Below are positions 37,089 through 50,567 of a stretch of DNA of 64,000 nt, piece by piece. The stretch's first letter is position 1. Each line of letters starts with the position of its first letter. The translations under genes and the position numbers were made by a program. The notes beneath the pieces were generated by a model. It was given only the letters and a program-made list of their open reading frames with translations, did not search any database and was not told the DNA's origin. This stretch comes from Felis catus. Its lineage: Eukaryota. The stretch covers positions 56,422,001 to 56,486,000 of the forward strand of contig NC_058382.1 of assembly GCF_018350175.1 (NCBI RefSeq), in the 5' to 3' direction.

Positions 37089-40000
37089 CTGTCAATGAAG
37101 CTGGCTTCTTTGCGTGTGGATTCTGATAGCACAGCCTTACCTGACCAGGGGCAGCCCCCACCGTCCCCCGGCAGAGCATCACAGAAGACGTTTGCTTTGT
37201 AGGAAATGACCCCAGAAGTTTTGGTGGGAAGATGCTATCAGTTTCGTTAAACTTAAAGTCAAACAGTGGAGAAAATCCATTGCAGGAGAAGACCGTTTTA
37301 AAATTTATGATTTATCTTTTACTTTACACTGTGGCACCGACAGATAATTGTCAACATAAGTAACGTCTCAGACATGGCTCAGAGGTACCAAGAGAAAAGT
37401 GCTAAAGCTGATGTGGCCTCCTTGGAATATAAAACCTGAGAAACCCATCCAGACTTAGTTACTTGTGGTCTTTACAAACCTATCATCAAGGAGCCCTCTG
37501 TTAACTAAATAATCAGCCTTCTCACTTGAAATGTAAATTCAAATAGTTTCTCCATGCAGGGGACATTACCCAGGGTGAGATCTTGAGGTTTGAAATATAA
37601 TTTAAATGTATTTTCAGCATATTAAAAAGCCTAATCAAATTCGTGTTTCTTGTATCACCAGGAAGTTTTTTTTTTTTCTTTTGCCTAAGTCTGAATCAGC
37701 TGTTATTTATTGTTACAATCAAGATTTTAGAATAGGCTTTTATTTAGTCCGGCATTTGCCCTGGAATTTATTCATTCTCCAGATGCATTAGCTGTGGAAT
37801 CATTGATAAAACAGGAACCTGATTTGCACTGACGTTTTCCAAGAGGGAGCTTTAAAAATTCACTTGTGGGAAATTTTTATGTGAAATCTTGAAAAGGACA
37901 CAGTATTTTTGTTAGTAAATTACTGTTTTCCCCATTCGAGCGGTAGATGATGGCTTTCTTCCTTGACTTCTTCCGTCTGCGTTTGTAACCACATTCCTAA
38001 TCTTACCCTCGTCGGTGGCCTCACTTTGATTTTCTGCTTTGCCAACTTCTGCCTTCCTGGAGATTCTTCTGGTTTTGAGACAACGGCCTCTAGTCTTCTC
38101 CACTGTTGTCGCCACAGGCTTAACACGGGATCTGATTGTTTCCTTGCTTAAGCTATCAGTGCTTCTTTGTTGACTTCCGGATAAGTCCAGATAGGACACA
38201 GCCTCTCCACCATCTGCATCCTTCTTCAGTTCTCCTTCCCCTTCTCCTCCAGTCCTTCCAGACACCGTTCCTGCTCCTGCCACGATGAACTGCTTGCCAT
38301 TTCTTTGATGTCACATGCTGCCTCACGGCCTTTGCACATCCATCTTTAAGGGTTTGTTGGAATGCCTTCTGCATTCTGGTGATGATTGGTGTGAACCCGG
38401 AGGGTTGTCTGATTTGATTAGGGGAGGGGTGAAAATGGGTGTAGCAATGGTTGAGTCGGGTCTTACACTCTGGACAGGGGGATCTTGGGAGTTTTAGAAT
38501 CAGAGGTGGTTTGATTGATGCCATCCCAGAAAGGAGGGCAGAGCCAGTTCACAGATCTGACTGTAGAGAAGGGAGATTGGGTTTCTGGGAGGTCGTTTCA
38601 CTTCAGCCCACTTGTGGGTCGGGCCTGTGGATACATCTTCTGGACCAGATATAATTAACTCAGACACTTGGAGGGAATAAGCTTCCAGATGGGAATCTAC
38701 GGCTGAGTTGTGGAGAGCCAGAAATGGTAAATAGCAGATTCGGCGGGGGCCTGACTTTGTGTGTGCTTTGATGTGCACATACCCCACTCTGGTGTTGTGT
38801 TTCAGTCACTCTCCGTTCTGTTACTTCTGTTACAGTCGGGACGTCTTGAGGATGAAGCCCATGCTGTCATCATTTTTATTAAAAAGAAAAAAAATGGACA
38901 CAGTGTTTGGCATATTGCCTATAAAACATCCATTAAACCCATACATTATTCATATTTGGACGTCTCTCCACTGCCACCTTGTATTAAATCACCTTTAAAT
39001 ATTTGGCTTATTGTTTATTTTCCTCTGGGGTTACTTTTGGATTTTCCATGAAGCCCGGGAAAAAAAAAAAGTCATGAAGCCTGGGGGAAAAAATATGAGA
39101 AGTTATCGTCTGTGTCATTTTTAACTATATGGTTTATTCTGAATTTCATCTTTGATACAGGAATTGGCTCTCCCCCTTGATGGTGTCCACCCCATCCGTA
39201 ATTCTAAACCCTTTCAGTAGGCACACCAAACAAAGTGTTCATATCAAATCCAGAAATCAAGAGCCTAAATGTGCCCCCTGACTATTGGCTCGTGAGTCAC
39301 AGCAAATAAAAACATGCTTCTAAAGGACAGATGAGTCTTGAAGAGAGCAGAGCTGCTCTTTAAATGTCGCCTGTGCATTAGGATCCTTTGTTCTGCCGTT
39401 TCCACGGCTCCATTTCAGGAGTCCAGGGGACACTGGGCTGCTGGACAGGGTGGGGAGGCAAGATGAATCCGGAAGGGGGGGCTGATGATTTCTGGGGGGA
39501 CCCCCCCCCACCGGTCAGAGGGGTGCTGTGAGAACCCACTGGCGGTGTCCTGCTCACGGCTCCATGGCTCCCATCAGCAGGGACTAGGACAAGGGGAGCT
39601 GCAAGGATGGGACAGAAAGAGGAGATGGGGAGAGGACAGAACAGTGTGCGTGTGTTTGCCCGTGGGTGAGAAGGAGAAAGAACAGGGCAGAAATCCAGAT
39701 ACCAAGCTCTGGAGCCGTATTCTTCAGGTTGGCTTTCTGCTGTGCTGGCATGTTCTCCTGCCTGTGCTCCTGGGACCTGATGGGAGACTTCCCCTCCGTC
39801 CCTGACACCAAACCCCCAACAGAATGCACTGAGACATGCAGGTGTCACTGTGGCACACCAAAAATTACTTCCCAAAGTTAACCCCAAATGAAAGTAGACT
39901 CAAGTCTCATCGGCAGGTTGGCAGATTAAGAGAATGGATACAATGTAGCAAACTCCTCTCTCTTAGGCTCTGTGATACCAGCTCTCCCGGTTCTCTTTAT

Positions 40001-41150
40001 GCCTCTCCGGACTTTCCCCCCAAAACATTAATTTCTATCCCTCTAATCTTAAATGGAGACTTCCCTAAATTTCTTCCATTTCCTATTTTTTCTATTTCTG
40101 TCCCTTCCAATCTTAACCAAACCTGCAGTCTCACCGCCCGGCCCTGTAGGCAGAGAGCTCCCTGGTCCCCCCCGCCTCCCCCCGCACCTCCGCCCCCCGG
40201 GGATCTCTCCTAAAACCCAGTGCATCGACCGCCCACATGTATTACCCTCAGATGAACTTTTGCACCTTCTCCTCGGCGTATCCCAGAACTGAACTCAACA
40301 TGTATCTTCTGCCTTTACTTCTGGCAACGAATCTGCTAATGTCTTGAATCCTCTGAGTCCATAATCCCTCACCCCGTTTCTTTGTCCTCAAGGACAGACT
40401 TGGAAATTGTGGTCTCTCCATGACCCTTAAGAATAGTTTTGAGGGGGGGACAAATGCAGTTTCCCATCCAGGTGCCTCCAGGATATCCTCCAAAGCTTTA
40501 CTCGTAACACACCAAGAGTTCGGTGCTTAGACCTTGAGCTTAGCTTTCCTTGAGTGAGTGCCAGAGCTGGATTCTCTTTAGCAAGTTATGTGTTACACGG
40601 AGCCTGTTTTGGAGATCATCAAACAACAAAGGAGAGGATATTGTGTCCTTAACCCCGCGGTTGGTGTCCTGAGCCTACCAGCTCTCCTCCTATTCCAAGT
40701 TTCCTGTTTATAGTTCCATGTCAGCTATGATAAGAATGTTTACACCACAGGAATAGGAAGGCTTGTTCAAAGAGCTGGTTGTGGAAGCATTTACCAGCAC
40801 AGCACTGCCCCTACTAAACTTAGAATGTCCTATACAGTTAGTAATGACACTAACTTTCTCTGCTGGAGGCACTCCATTAAAGCTTCACTGATTTACCTCC
40901 TATAATCCTTGTCGTGACCTCCTAAGACAGGTGCCATCGATATAGCCAATTTACAGGTAAAGCAAATGGACACTCAGAGTAGTAAATCAAACAAACCCAA
41001 GGGAAAACCAAGACTCAACACCGCATGACCGAGAATGGCTCTTTCTGCCCCTAAATGATGTGTATCCTAAGACAGTGGTGAATTGGGCTTGACAAATTTT
41101 GCCTTCTTGGAACAAGTGGAATTGGAAACTTGAAAATTAGTGTTAGAGAT

Positions 41151-41152
<2 letters not shown>

Positions 41153-41193
<41 letters not shown>
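41153..41193. repeat. (CA)n microsatellite
   Basis: About 20 perfect units. Confidence 0.97.
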
Positions 41194-41196
<3 letters not shown>

Positions 41197-42391
41197 TGGA
41201 CCTGAAAACAATTCCAGTCTCCTGTTTGGATGAGAACTTCCCAATAAAAGATCCACATCTGTTAACATCGTAACTACAGGTTCTTTCTGTAAATGCTTGG
41301 CTAACAATCCTCTAAAACAGCACTGTCATTGACCAACCGAGCAGTTGTTTCTTTGCAATAGGGACATGACAAGGAGGCAAGAGGGACCGATAACCCCGGT
41401 TATCTGAGACCATTAGTAGCAAGCCCTGTAGCCTATTGACTGTAGCCATGGGCCGTTAGAGGGTTACTAATTGTGAACTATCACTATGTTTAAGATACAA
41501 TGCTTTCAGTCTAAGTTAGCTTTTTCCTAAAGCTGAAGAAATATCAGGAGGTGAGTTACCTGTCTCGGGGGTCCAAGCTGAGAGGCCAGGCCTCTGAGAT
41601 GAAGGTGGCCAGGCTGGGGAACAGAGACTCTGTCTGCCCACCGTGGAGCAGGAGAACTCTGTAGTACGGTCAGGGCACTGCTCAAGATTGCCTGGCTGGG
41701 ACGGAGCTGCGGCCACCGGGGGGAAAGTACTCACACAGAAAGGCACCTTCCCTCACCCAGCTGAGCTTTTTAAACATTTAACGTGTAGACCCAGAGTGTG
41801 TCCCCTCTCTGATCCCCAGGAAGACCCTCAGAGGCTAGGTGCACCCTGCATGGACATCCATCACAGGTGCGGGTGGAGGTTAAGCTCTGATAATATCCCA
41901 GTTTTTACAATTTCCCCCTTTCCATCCTATGCTCCTGTGCTAAGCAGGTGTATGAACCAGCCTCCCGTCCCCAAGTATATTTTTATTTTAGGATATGAGT
42001 GGCATTTTTACAATTTGAAGAGAAAGTTTTAACTTCTCTTGATGTGTTTGCCACATCTTTAGGCAAGTATTTATTAGCGTATTACGGTTAATATAATCAT
42101 GGCCATAACTTCCTAATGAATGCAAATGGGGAAATAAGATTTTATTAAGCAAGGACGATCATCTTAAAACCATTATAAACTTGTGTTTATGGAAAACATT
42201 TTAGAAGCACACCTGTTTTTTAAAGCAAATCTCAGCATCCTTTCTTGTGCTAATGACTGTTGGAGACTTAGGCTGAGCCAAATCAGGTATCACAAGCCAT
42301 TGTGTGATGTCACTGAACGGTATGCATTGGCATCCCAGCCACAGGGGAATGTGAGCACCTTGACTGAGGCTCGGCCTGATTGCGGGTGGAT

Positions 42392-42599
42392 GGGGGTGAT
42401 TACCCCCCAGGGGACATTTGGCAGCCTCTGGAGACATTATTGATTGTCATGAATGACAAGGGGACTGCCAGTAGCTTCTAATGTATATGGACTCTGCTCA
42501 GCATCTCAGGGTGCACAGGACAGCACCGCCCCCCTCCCATGCCCCGGGAAAGAATTACCTAGTTTCTAAAGTCTGTAGCACCAGGTGTAACAAGTTTTG
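42392..42599 (+). mobile_element. MER20-like DNA transposon
   Basis: ccccccaggggacatttggcagcctctggagacattattgattgtca...tgcacaggacagc...aaagaatta. Confidence 0.85.
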
Positions 42600-42705
42600 A
42601 GTAAAGACAATGGGCTCAAGAGGCATATGGCATTGTCTTCCAATCATGTCTGTCTGACTTTGGACAGGTGGCCTCAACTGTTTGAACTTCTGAGTCCTGA
42701 TTTTC

Positions 42706-42942
42706 TTTTTTTTTTTTCTTTTTAAAAAAAATTTTTTTTTAACGTTTATTTATTTTGAGACAGAGAGAGACAGAGCATGAACGGGGGAGGGGCAGAGAGA
42801 GAGGGAGACACAGAACCGGAAGCAGGCTCCAGGCTCTGAGCCATCAGCCTAGAGCCCAATGCGGGGCTCGAACTCACGGATCGTGAGATCGTGACCTGAG
42901 CTGAAGTTGGACGCTTAACCAACTGAGCCACCCAGGCTCCCC
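42706..42942 (-). mobile_element. Young CanSINE
   Basis: TSD CTGAGTCCTGATTTTC (42690-42705) / CTGAGCCCTGATTTTC (42943-42958). Confidence 0.95.
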
Positions 42943-43206
42943 CTGAGCCCTGATTTTCAACGTGGGTCTGGTCATCAGAGCTTGCTCACAGGGAGCTGGG
43001 ATCCTCAGCACAGCTCCCGGCCCAGAGGAGGTGCTCGGGAAAGAAGTGAAAACGGTAATTGTCACCATTGCCGTTGTCATCCTCCTCCTCAAAATAAAAT
43101 CATGGCGGAAAAGTTTAAAACCAAGGTGAAATTCTGGTTTTAAAAGTTGCTTTTATTTTTAATCAAAATTTTCCAAGCTGGAATCTTTTCCTATCTCATG
43201 GTTCTT

Positions 43207-43630
43207 TATATATATATATATATATTTTTTTTTAATTTAAATTTTAGTTAACATACAGTACAGTATTGGTTTCAGGAGTAGAATTCAGTGGTTCATCACT
43301 TACATACAATACCCAGTGCTCATCGCAAGTGCCCTCCTTAGTAGGCATCACCCATCTAGCCCATCCCCCACCCACCTCCCTCCATCAATCCATACTTTGT
43401 TCTCTATCGTTACGAGTCTCTTGTGGTTTGTTTCCCTCTCTTCTCTTCCCCGCCACTTCCCATATGTTCATCTGTTTTGTTTCTCAAATTCCACATACAA
43501 GTGAAATCATACGGTAGTTGTCTTTCTCTGATCGACTAATTTCGCTTAGCGTAATACATTTTAGTTTCATCCACATCGTTGCGAATGGCAAGATTCCGGG
43601 GTTATTTTTGATGGATGAGTAATATTCCTT

Positions 43631-43673
<43 letters not shown>

Positions 43674-43763
43674 ACCACATCTTCTTTATCCATTCTTCAG
43701 TTGATGGATATCTGGGCTGTCTCCATCGTTTGGCTATGATTGATACTGTTGCTATAAACATTG
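43207..43763 (-). mobile_element. Carnivore L1 3' end (non-inverted part), with internal (CA)n
   Basis: Antisense carnivore L1 3'UTR and ORF2 C-terminus; minus-strand translation gives ILPFATMWMKLKCITLSEISRSEKDNYRMISLVCGI. Confidence 0.92.
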
Positions 43764-44282
43764 TTAAAATATCTATACTACGCATAGCAGTCTACACATT
43801 TAATGGAATCCCTGTCAAAGTACCATCAGCATTCTTCTCAGAGGTAGATCAAACGATTCTAGAGTATGTATGGAACCACTAAAGACCCCAACCAGCCAAA
43901 GCAATCCTGAAAACCAAAAACTAACCTGGAGGCATCGCAATTCCGGATTCCAAGCTCTCTTACAAAGCTGTGTGACAGTAGGGTGCTGGCACAAAAACAG
44001 ACATATAGATCAATGGAACAGAATAGAAAGCCCCCAAAATGGACTCACAACTCTGTGGTCAACTCATCTTTGGCAACGCAAGAAAGAGCATCCAAGAGAA
44101 AACAAAAGACAATCTCTTCAACAAATGGTGCTGAGAAAACTGGACAGCCACATGCAGAAGAATGAACCTGGGCCACTTTGTCACACCAGACACAAGAACA
44201 AATTCCAACTGGAAGAAAGACTTGCCTATGAGACAGGAAACCTCCAAAACCCTAGAGGAGACACAGGCAGCAACCTCTCGGA
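43756..44282 (+). mobile_element. L1 ORF2 segment (inverted part of the same insertion), decayed
   Basis: Translation contains WHKNRHIDQWNRIESP, typical of L1 ORF2 downstream of the RT domain; frameshifts and stops present. Confidence 0.92.
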
Positions 44283-45021
44283 TATCTAGTGATTCTTCAA
44301 AAGGCTTCCGTGTGCCTGTGGTTTGGAGGAGGGTCTTGCTGTCCGCTGCCTGGGCATCTAGCAGCAGCTGCACCTGAGACAGCGCATTCTTCTGGATTCT
44401 GCAAATGAAAGCTCACAGCGTCACGTGACTCTGTCCCTAAAAGGCTCCCTTGTCTACCTGCACTTCTCACCAATTGGGATCAAAGCAAGAGACAGCTTGT
44501 GTGGGCCTGCTGAGAGACCCACGCACGCCATAAATGCCTACACGGTGCGTCGGTTTGTTGGTTCGTCGTAAAGCAGGTGGGGGGATGAGAAGCAGAGCTG
44601 ACTTGATGACCTCAGGGAGCGGTCGACCTGAAGGCTCCCTAGGCCTTCGGAGACCTCACAAGCCACATTGCATTTTCAGATGCCATTTTGCCATCGTCTG
44701 ACAGAGGAGGCTGCTGCTATGCCTAGGACATGCCTAGAATGGGAACTGGCACGCAGTAGGTGCTCTCAGCATTAGCCTTTGCTATTCCTGTTATTTCCAC
44801 ACAGACATGCCATTATGTGCACACAGCTGTCCGTGCACGTGTGCAGGTACGTCTATGTAAGAGATTCACATATTTGGAAAACGAGGGGCACTGTGCACTC
44901 TGCTCTGTGTGCTCACACACAGGCATGCATGGTACACACATAATAGAATTTAACGCTCCCAAACCTTTCTGGTATTAACAACCTGCTCAGAATCAATCCG
45001 TGGATGGAGCCAGCCCCGTGA

Positions 45022-45038
45022 GGCCACCAGAGGGAGTG
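45022..45038 (+). promoter_or_regulatory. Possible CTCF motif
   Basis: GGCCACCAGAGGGAGTG is close to the CTCF core consensus. Confidence 0.4.
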
Positions 45039-46679
45039 GCCTTGGGACTGGTAAGAGTTTCTGCCACAAGGAGGGGTCCCTCAGTGTTCCCTTGACTGGA
45101 CGGAGGCAGGAGAGTTAGAACTCTGAAGCATGGCAGTGAGCTGATCACCTCTGCTGCTCCATTTTTAGTCCCGTCACCTTGCACAGGCTACATTACTTCT
45201 TCGAGCCTTGGCCTCCCCAGCCGGTGGATGGGGGCTCCAGCCAGGTGGCTGAGCTGCTCCGTGATGCGTGAGAAACCATGTAGCTCACTGCCTGGACCCA
45301 GTCCTCTTGCTACTTGGCACAGAATGGGGGGCTTATGGTGCTGGGGTCTTCTTGGAAGACTCGTGATCTAAGGATCAGGAATCCTTTGGATGACGTGCCT
45401 TGTGCTCTCCCTCACCATCACCACCACGAGCCACTGGCAGCACTTACTGACCACATTTCCCCCTTTTCCTTTGGCTGACAAGACACGCAAGGTCAGAGTG
45501 GTGGTTCAGGCAGAGTAACATCCGAGGACGGCACGCGATGCCAATCTTCTCCCCTTTTCTCTGATCCTTCTTTGTGGCGACTTACAATTCCACGTTACTG
45601 TGCTTAGTGGCGCACGCTTCTTTGAATCCAGGGCGGATTGATACAGGGTATAAATACATTTTTAAAAAACCCAGACCTTGAATCTGTTCAATAATTCCCC
45701 AGGATTTTGCTTGGTTTCTTTGTGTTTCTTCCAATTTGCGACCAATAATAAAAGTGACTCACCCAGCTTCTCTTATTGGCTGACTGTAGCTATAAAGATA
45801 ACTGATTCCTATACCAAGTCTAATAGGATCAATTAAATTCCTTGTAAAAATGTCCCTACTAGGGGAAAATGCTGGGTGAGATGCTAGAATTCATCTGTCC
45901 GAAAGCAAGAGGCCAGCTCTTTCTTGTTTTTCTTGTTTTGTTTTTTTTTTCCAGCTGATCGACATGTTTCTCGTGCTTTTCATAGCCTCTTTGCCCAAGG
46001 TGTCCGTGACAGATGGCTCATGAAGCAGCAGGAATGCACAAAATCTCTTGCTATTATTTTTAATAAAAAAAATACTGACTGTAGATGAAATTGACTAATG
46101 AAAAGATTGAGGATTCAGTCCTTGAAACTAATGTGTACCGAGTCCGGGCACACTGCGACTTGCTTAACGTGGTCTGTGAGGCCATGGCGGAGGGCTTGGC
46201 CATTAAAAAGAGAAGTGGAAAGCTCCCCCAGATGGCCGGACCTCCACCCTCTTCCCCAGCTTGAAACTAGGGTTGGTTGCAAGGTGGGTATTTGTATTTG
46301 CATTAGAAAATTGGGAATGCATACAGAAAATGGCTTTCCCACAGATAAAGACAATTAAGGCTTTTAAATGTTGGAAAATGTCTTCACGAGCATATTCGGT
46401 GGTTTGGCATTTCCTCCACATGAGAAAGGCCCTGCCATCGCGTTCAGCCAAAAATGGCTCGCATGTCCTGCAGACTTGATTACCGCCCTGCTTTAGCTTG
46501 GCTCCTTCTGCAGGGCTGTGCTGGGCCAGATGGCAATGACTTATTTAACCCTTGAAAACCACCTTTCTTGGTGTCTAGTCTCATTGCTTTCCTGGTTCAA
46601 CAGCAGGATGAGTATCAAAATCCGGGACAACTTTGGTTGTGATATTTTCAGTATTTGTAATAAAGGGGCACTAGGGTGT

Positions 46680-46855
46680 CAGCTGGGCTGGGTTCAGCGG
46701 CCAGCTCTGCTTCTGCCTGGTTGAGCAAGCCCCATAGCTCTTTCCGTCTCCTTGTCCGTAAAATGGGATTGGCTCCTAATTCGTACGGCTGTTCTGAAGA
46801 TCACCTGAGACGGTGCCAGTAAAATAGCTCACGATGTGCTAGGCACACAGCAGAC
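46680..46855 (+). mobile_element. MIR
   Basis: ctgggttcag...cttgtccgtaaaatgggat...gttctgaagat...ggcacacagca. Confidence 0.6.
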
Positions 46856-47143
46856 ATCGGAAATGGGAAGCTGGTGGCCCAATTGCGGTTAAACCTGGAA
46901 GGATTTCATATATACCCACACCCCCCCCATGGCTGTTAAAGATTAAACAGGTATATATAAATTAGCTTAGCGTAAGTGACTTTTTAGAAGACCATAAGTA
47001 CATATTTATGAGGAATTGATTCTTTGAGGTTATCAGGGCCCACGGATGCTCTCATTTTACGTATTGCCTACTCAGAGAACTTCAAGGCCACAAGGACATT
47101 AGGGATATCTTTCAAAACAGTAAAAATATATATATTTATAGCA

Positions 47144-47266
47144 GGGCACTTGGGTAGCTCAGTTGGTTAAGAGTTCGACTCTTGATTTCGGCTCAGGTCA
47201 TGGTCTCATGGTTTGTGGGTTCAAGCCCCGCGTTGAGCTCTGTGCTGAGCATGGAGCCTGCTTGGG

Positions 47267-47305
<39 letters not shown>

Positions 47306-47344
47306 TCCTCCCCCCTCCGAAAGAAAATAAACTTAAAAAAAAAA
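47144..47344 (+). mobile_element. CanSINE
   Basis: TSD TTTATAGCA at 47135-47143 and 47346-47354. Confidence 0.93.
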
Positions 47345-49699
47345 CTTTATAGCAACTGCAATGAAGGGGCCGTGGTTGCAGTCATCAGGGAGTTCTGAGC
47401 CCTGCTAAGCCCGCCAGAGACCCGCAGCCTGGCCCCACCCTTGGAATCTGTGATGCGTTCCGATGTAGGCCGTGCTGCACGACTTTTCCTGTCTCCTATG
47501 AGCATTTACCGCCCGCCTGTCTCAGGGGCTGGCTGCTATGTGTTGTGGGGACCGCAGGCAAAGGTGGTTGACCCCGGAGCTTGCTGTATAGCACAAAGGC
47601 AAACACTGAACAAGTAATAAAGTGATGACTGCTTTCGAAGGAACGCAAATGTGGGGGTGGAGGAGAACTCCCCTGCAGAAGCAGTGTCCGGCCTTTCCTA
47701 CTGGAAGGTGAGCAGGAGTTCTCCAAACAGAGAAAGTAGCCTTTCGTGGACAAAGGAGCAGAATGTGCAAAGGTTAAGAGGGAAAGCCGTGGTTTGTTTG
47801 ACACATGCAAGGAAGCCCCAGGTGGCTGCTGCTTAGGAAGGATTTGTCGGTATTTCCTTGTTTGCTAAAAGTGAAATGACATAGTATGAAATGTAAGGAG
47901 CGTTCAAGACGATCCCAAAGGCCAAAGTTCAGGGATGTCAGCCTCTTTCTAGCCCCTTCAGCTTTCGTCTCCATTCTTTGTCCCAATCCTCCCCTGTTCT
48001 CTGCGTTGGGTCCATGACCTGAGAAGTTTATGAAAGAAACCAGCGGAAGGTGCTTCCGTGAATCTTTTAGGAAGAGGAACCCAGTAGGACCACACACCAG
48101 CAACGATGGCCATTTGAAAGATTAATTTTTGCCTACTCTTGATTAAATGTATGAGGTGATACATTAAACCAGGCCTTTATACCCAAGTACAAATCCATGG
48201 TTGTTTTGAGGCTATTTTTTACTTAGACAGTGAATTGTACTAACAGTGCTCCTTAAGAGGAGCGAAGGCATTGATTGGCCAAAAAGCATAGCTTTACAGC
48301 ATTATAGCTGGAGTCTGACTGTAAAGAAACCATTTTCACTGCCAATATTTTCAGCTCAAGAGCCAAAAAAAGGTGTGTCTTATTTGACATTGCAGCCCCC
48401 TATTGAAAAAGCCTACTTTAACCATCCTGGTTCCTGATTATTAAGATGAAACGTCTTAAAAAAATTAGACTCCACCTCATCTAGCCAGCTTTAGTGGGTG
48501 CACGAGGGGAGAAAAATGCCAGTGGAGCCTGAGCGGTGAAAATAGCGTTCCTGCTGATCAAGACGGGAGAAGGGCCATCTGAGAAGGCTTCGGGGCTCAG
48601 CGTTCCATCGGAGGTGGGACTTTCAGGAGCTGTGGGTGCCCTGAGGACCACTGGTATGTCTCCAGTGTGACCAGGACGTCGGAGCTGGGGACAGTTAACA
48701 GAACCAGGGTGGCAAACCCATTAACGCAAGCAGAGAATCTGCCATTCAGAGACATTAATTTAACATGACACCAACCGGGGTGTTTGTATGTGCTCATTGT
48801 GGTGTCAGACATTCTGCTCTAATTGAGTTAATTAAAAGTTAATGGCATAGAGCACATCACGATGCTATAAATGACAGGCATGTGACCGGTCCTCGTACCC
48901 TCTCGTTTGGATAAATCTTTCAGTCGCCGTCAAACTCTACTTCCAAGAGATTCATTCCACATCACTGCCTCTCCTTCTCCCTTTGAAGAGGGTGAGTGCT
49001 GTTCCATTTGATATATAAACAAAGGGAGCTGGAAAAGATAAAAGGAGGCTCGTGTGCAATGTCACAGATATCACCCATGATTGCCAGCCGCGTACTTAGC
49101 GTCTGGGTGGGAAGGGGGGGGTGGGCGGGGGATGTGTGTCCTCCGAGCGTGGCTGTGCTCGGATCCAGAGACGCAGATGCCTGCTGGAGGCGGCGTGAGG
49201 GTGACGGGGTGGATGGGACAGTGGTGAAGGGGACAAGGTTTGAATCGAGGTGGTGGCAGTGCCGCTTAGCCTCGCTAAGCTTCTCTGCGCAATGGGATGT
49301 GCAACGTATCGTTACACTCACAGGCAAGGTAGAGAAGCATTTGAAAATCATTCACAGAAGACAAAGCAAAGTCCATTACAGAAGGTCTCAGTCTTGAATC
49401 CTGACTAAGGAGACTCACTGTGGTTGAGTTTCAAACTTAACCCCAGGCGTCCAGTGCTGAGGACAAGAAACCCAAACACTTCCTTAGCTCTTGTTCCTCA
49501 TGAACCGCGAACCAGAGCACGTCTGCCAAGGACAGAGGCAAACTTTGGGGCCTTATTTCTGAGAAGAATCTGCGATGGGTCATCGTGGAATTCAGCGAAT
49601 GTAGTTCTTGAATAATTTTAACAATTAAAAGATGAGGAAATAAAACAATTCCTCTAACGTTCTTTCTCGGAACAGCTCTTGGTGAAGGTCAAAGATGAT

Positions 49700-49767
49700 G
49701 ACCTTCAACCTTTTCTGATAGAGCCCCACAGTAAAGAAATAGGTTTTACATCACAACCCAGCACCCT

Positions 49768-49811
<44 letters not shown>

Positions 49812-49969
49812 CACAAAACAACATTTCACAAATAATACTATCTTTGTGATAGGTGGTATTCACTTTCTAGTTTCTGTTCTACTTCTTGTTATTGAAAATG
49901 ATGGCCATGACCTATAAATTGATTTCATGATCTGAAAATGAATTGTGACACTCAGTTTTAAAAACACTG
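49700..49969. mobile_element. hAT-Charlie-like fossil containing a (CA)n at about 49769-49808
   Basis: Ends taaattgatttcatgatc...tgtgacactcagttttaaaaacactg, resembling a Charlie terminus. Confidence 0.5.
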
Positions 49970-50567
49970 AGCCAAGGTGTGAGCTAAGAACATATTTCTA
50001 TGGAAGTGCTTACACAGAGGGATGGGCTGAGCAGGGCTAGGTGTCTGGGGTGTGGGGAAGAACTAAAGTCTTTATTAATAGCTATTCTATTTCTCATCTT
50101 TCTCTGCCTCCTCTCCCACAAGGTGGGTTGTGCATGGCCCAGCATCCCATCAAGGGGAGCCCTCTTAGGCAGTGTTTTTGCAAATGAACGGGCATTCGAA
50201 TTATCTGGGTAGCCCTGGGATTCTGTGCCGCCTGTCAGCTCCAGGTAATTTCCTCGCTGCCGGGCCTGGACCACAGTTCAGAAAGGGAGGGGAAGAGAAG
50301 ATGGAAAGATGGAGCCTTATGTTTCTAAACAGCCACTGACAGACCCATCCACTGTCATCCCTCTTCTCTGTCAAGGTCATCTTGTCTCGCCATGGACTTT
50401 TAGGGACTGCTTATTTTTGCCTTTGCCAAAAATTGTTTAAAACCACTGGGATGAAGTTAAAAAAAGGTATTCGAGAAGCTCCTAGAACTGACAGTAAAAC
50501 TGATGAAGCGGATCCTTAGGCGGTGGAGTGGGAGAGCTCTGGGCTGTGGGAGCAGGAACCAGTGGTT

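Noticed and set aside
37912..38283. 123-aa charged minus-strand ORF as a possible retrogene
   Set aside because: No family recognised, no poly-A or TSD; it is the antisense of pyrimidine-rich, L2-like sequence.
43870..44289. 139-aa ORF
   Set aside because: Frameshifted L1 ORF2 remnant.
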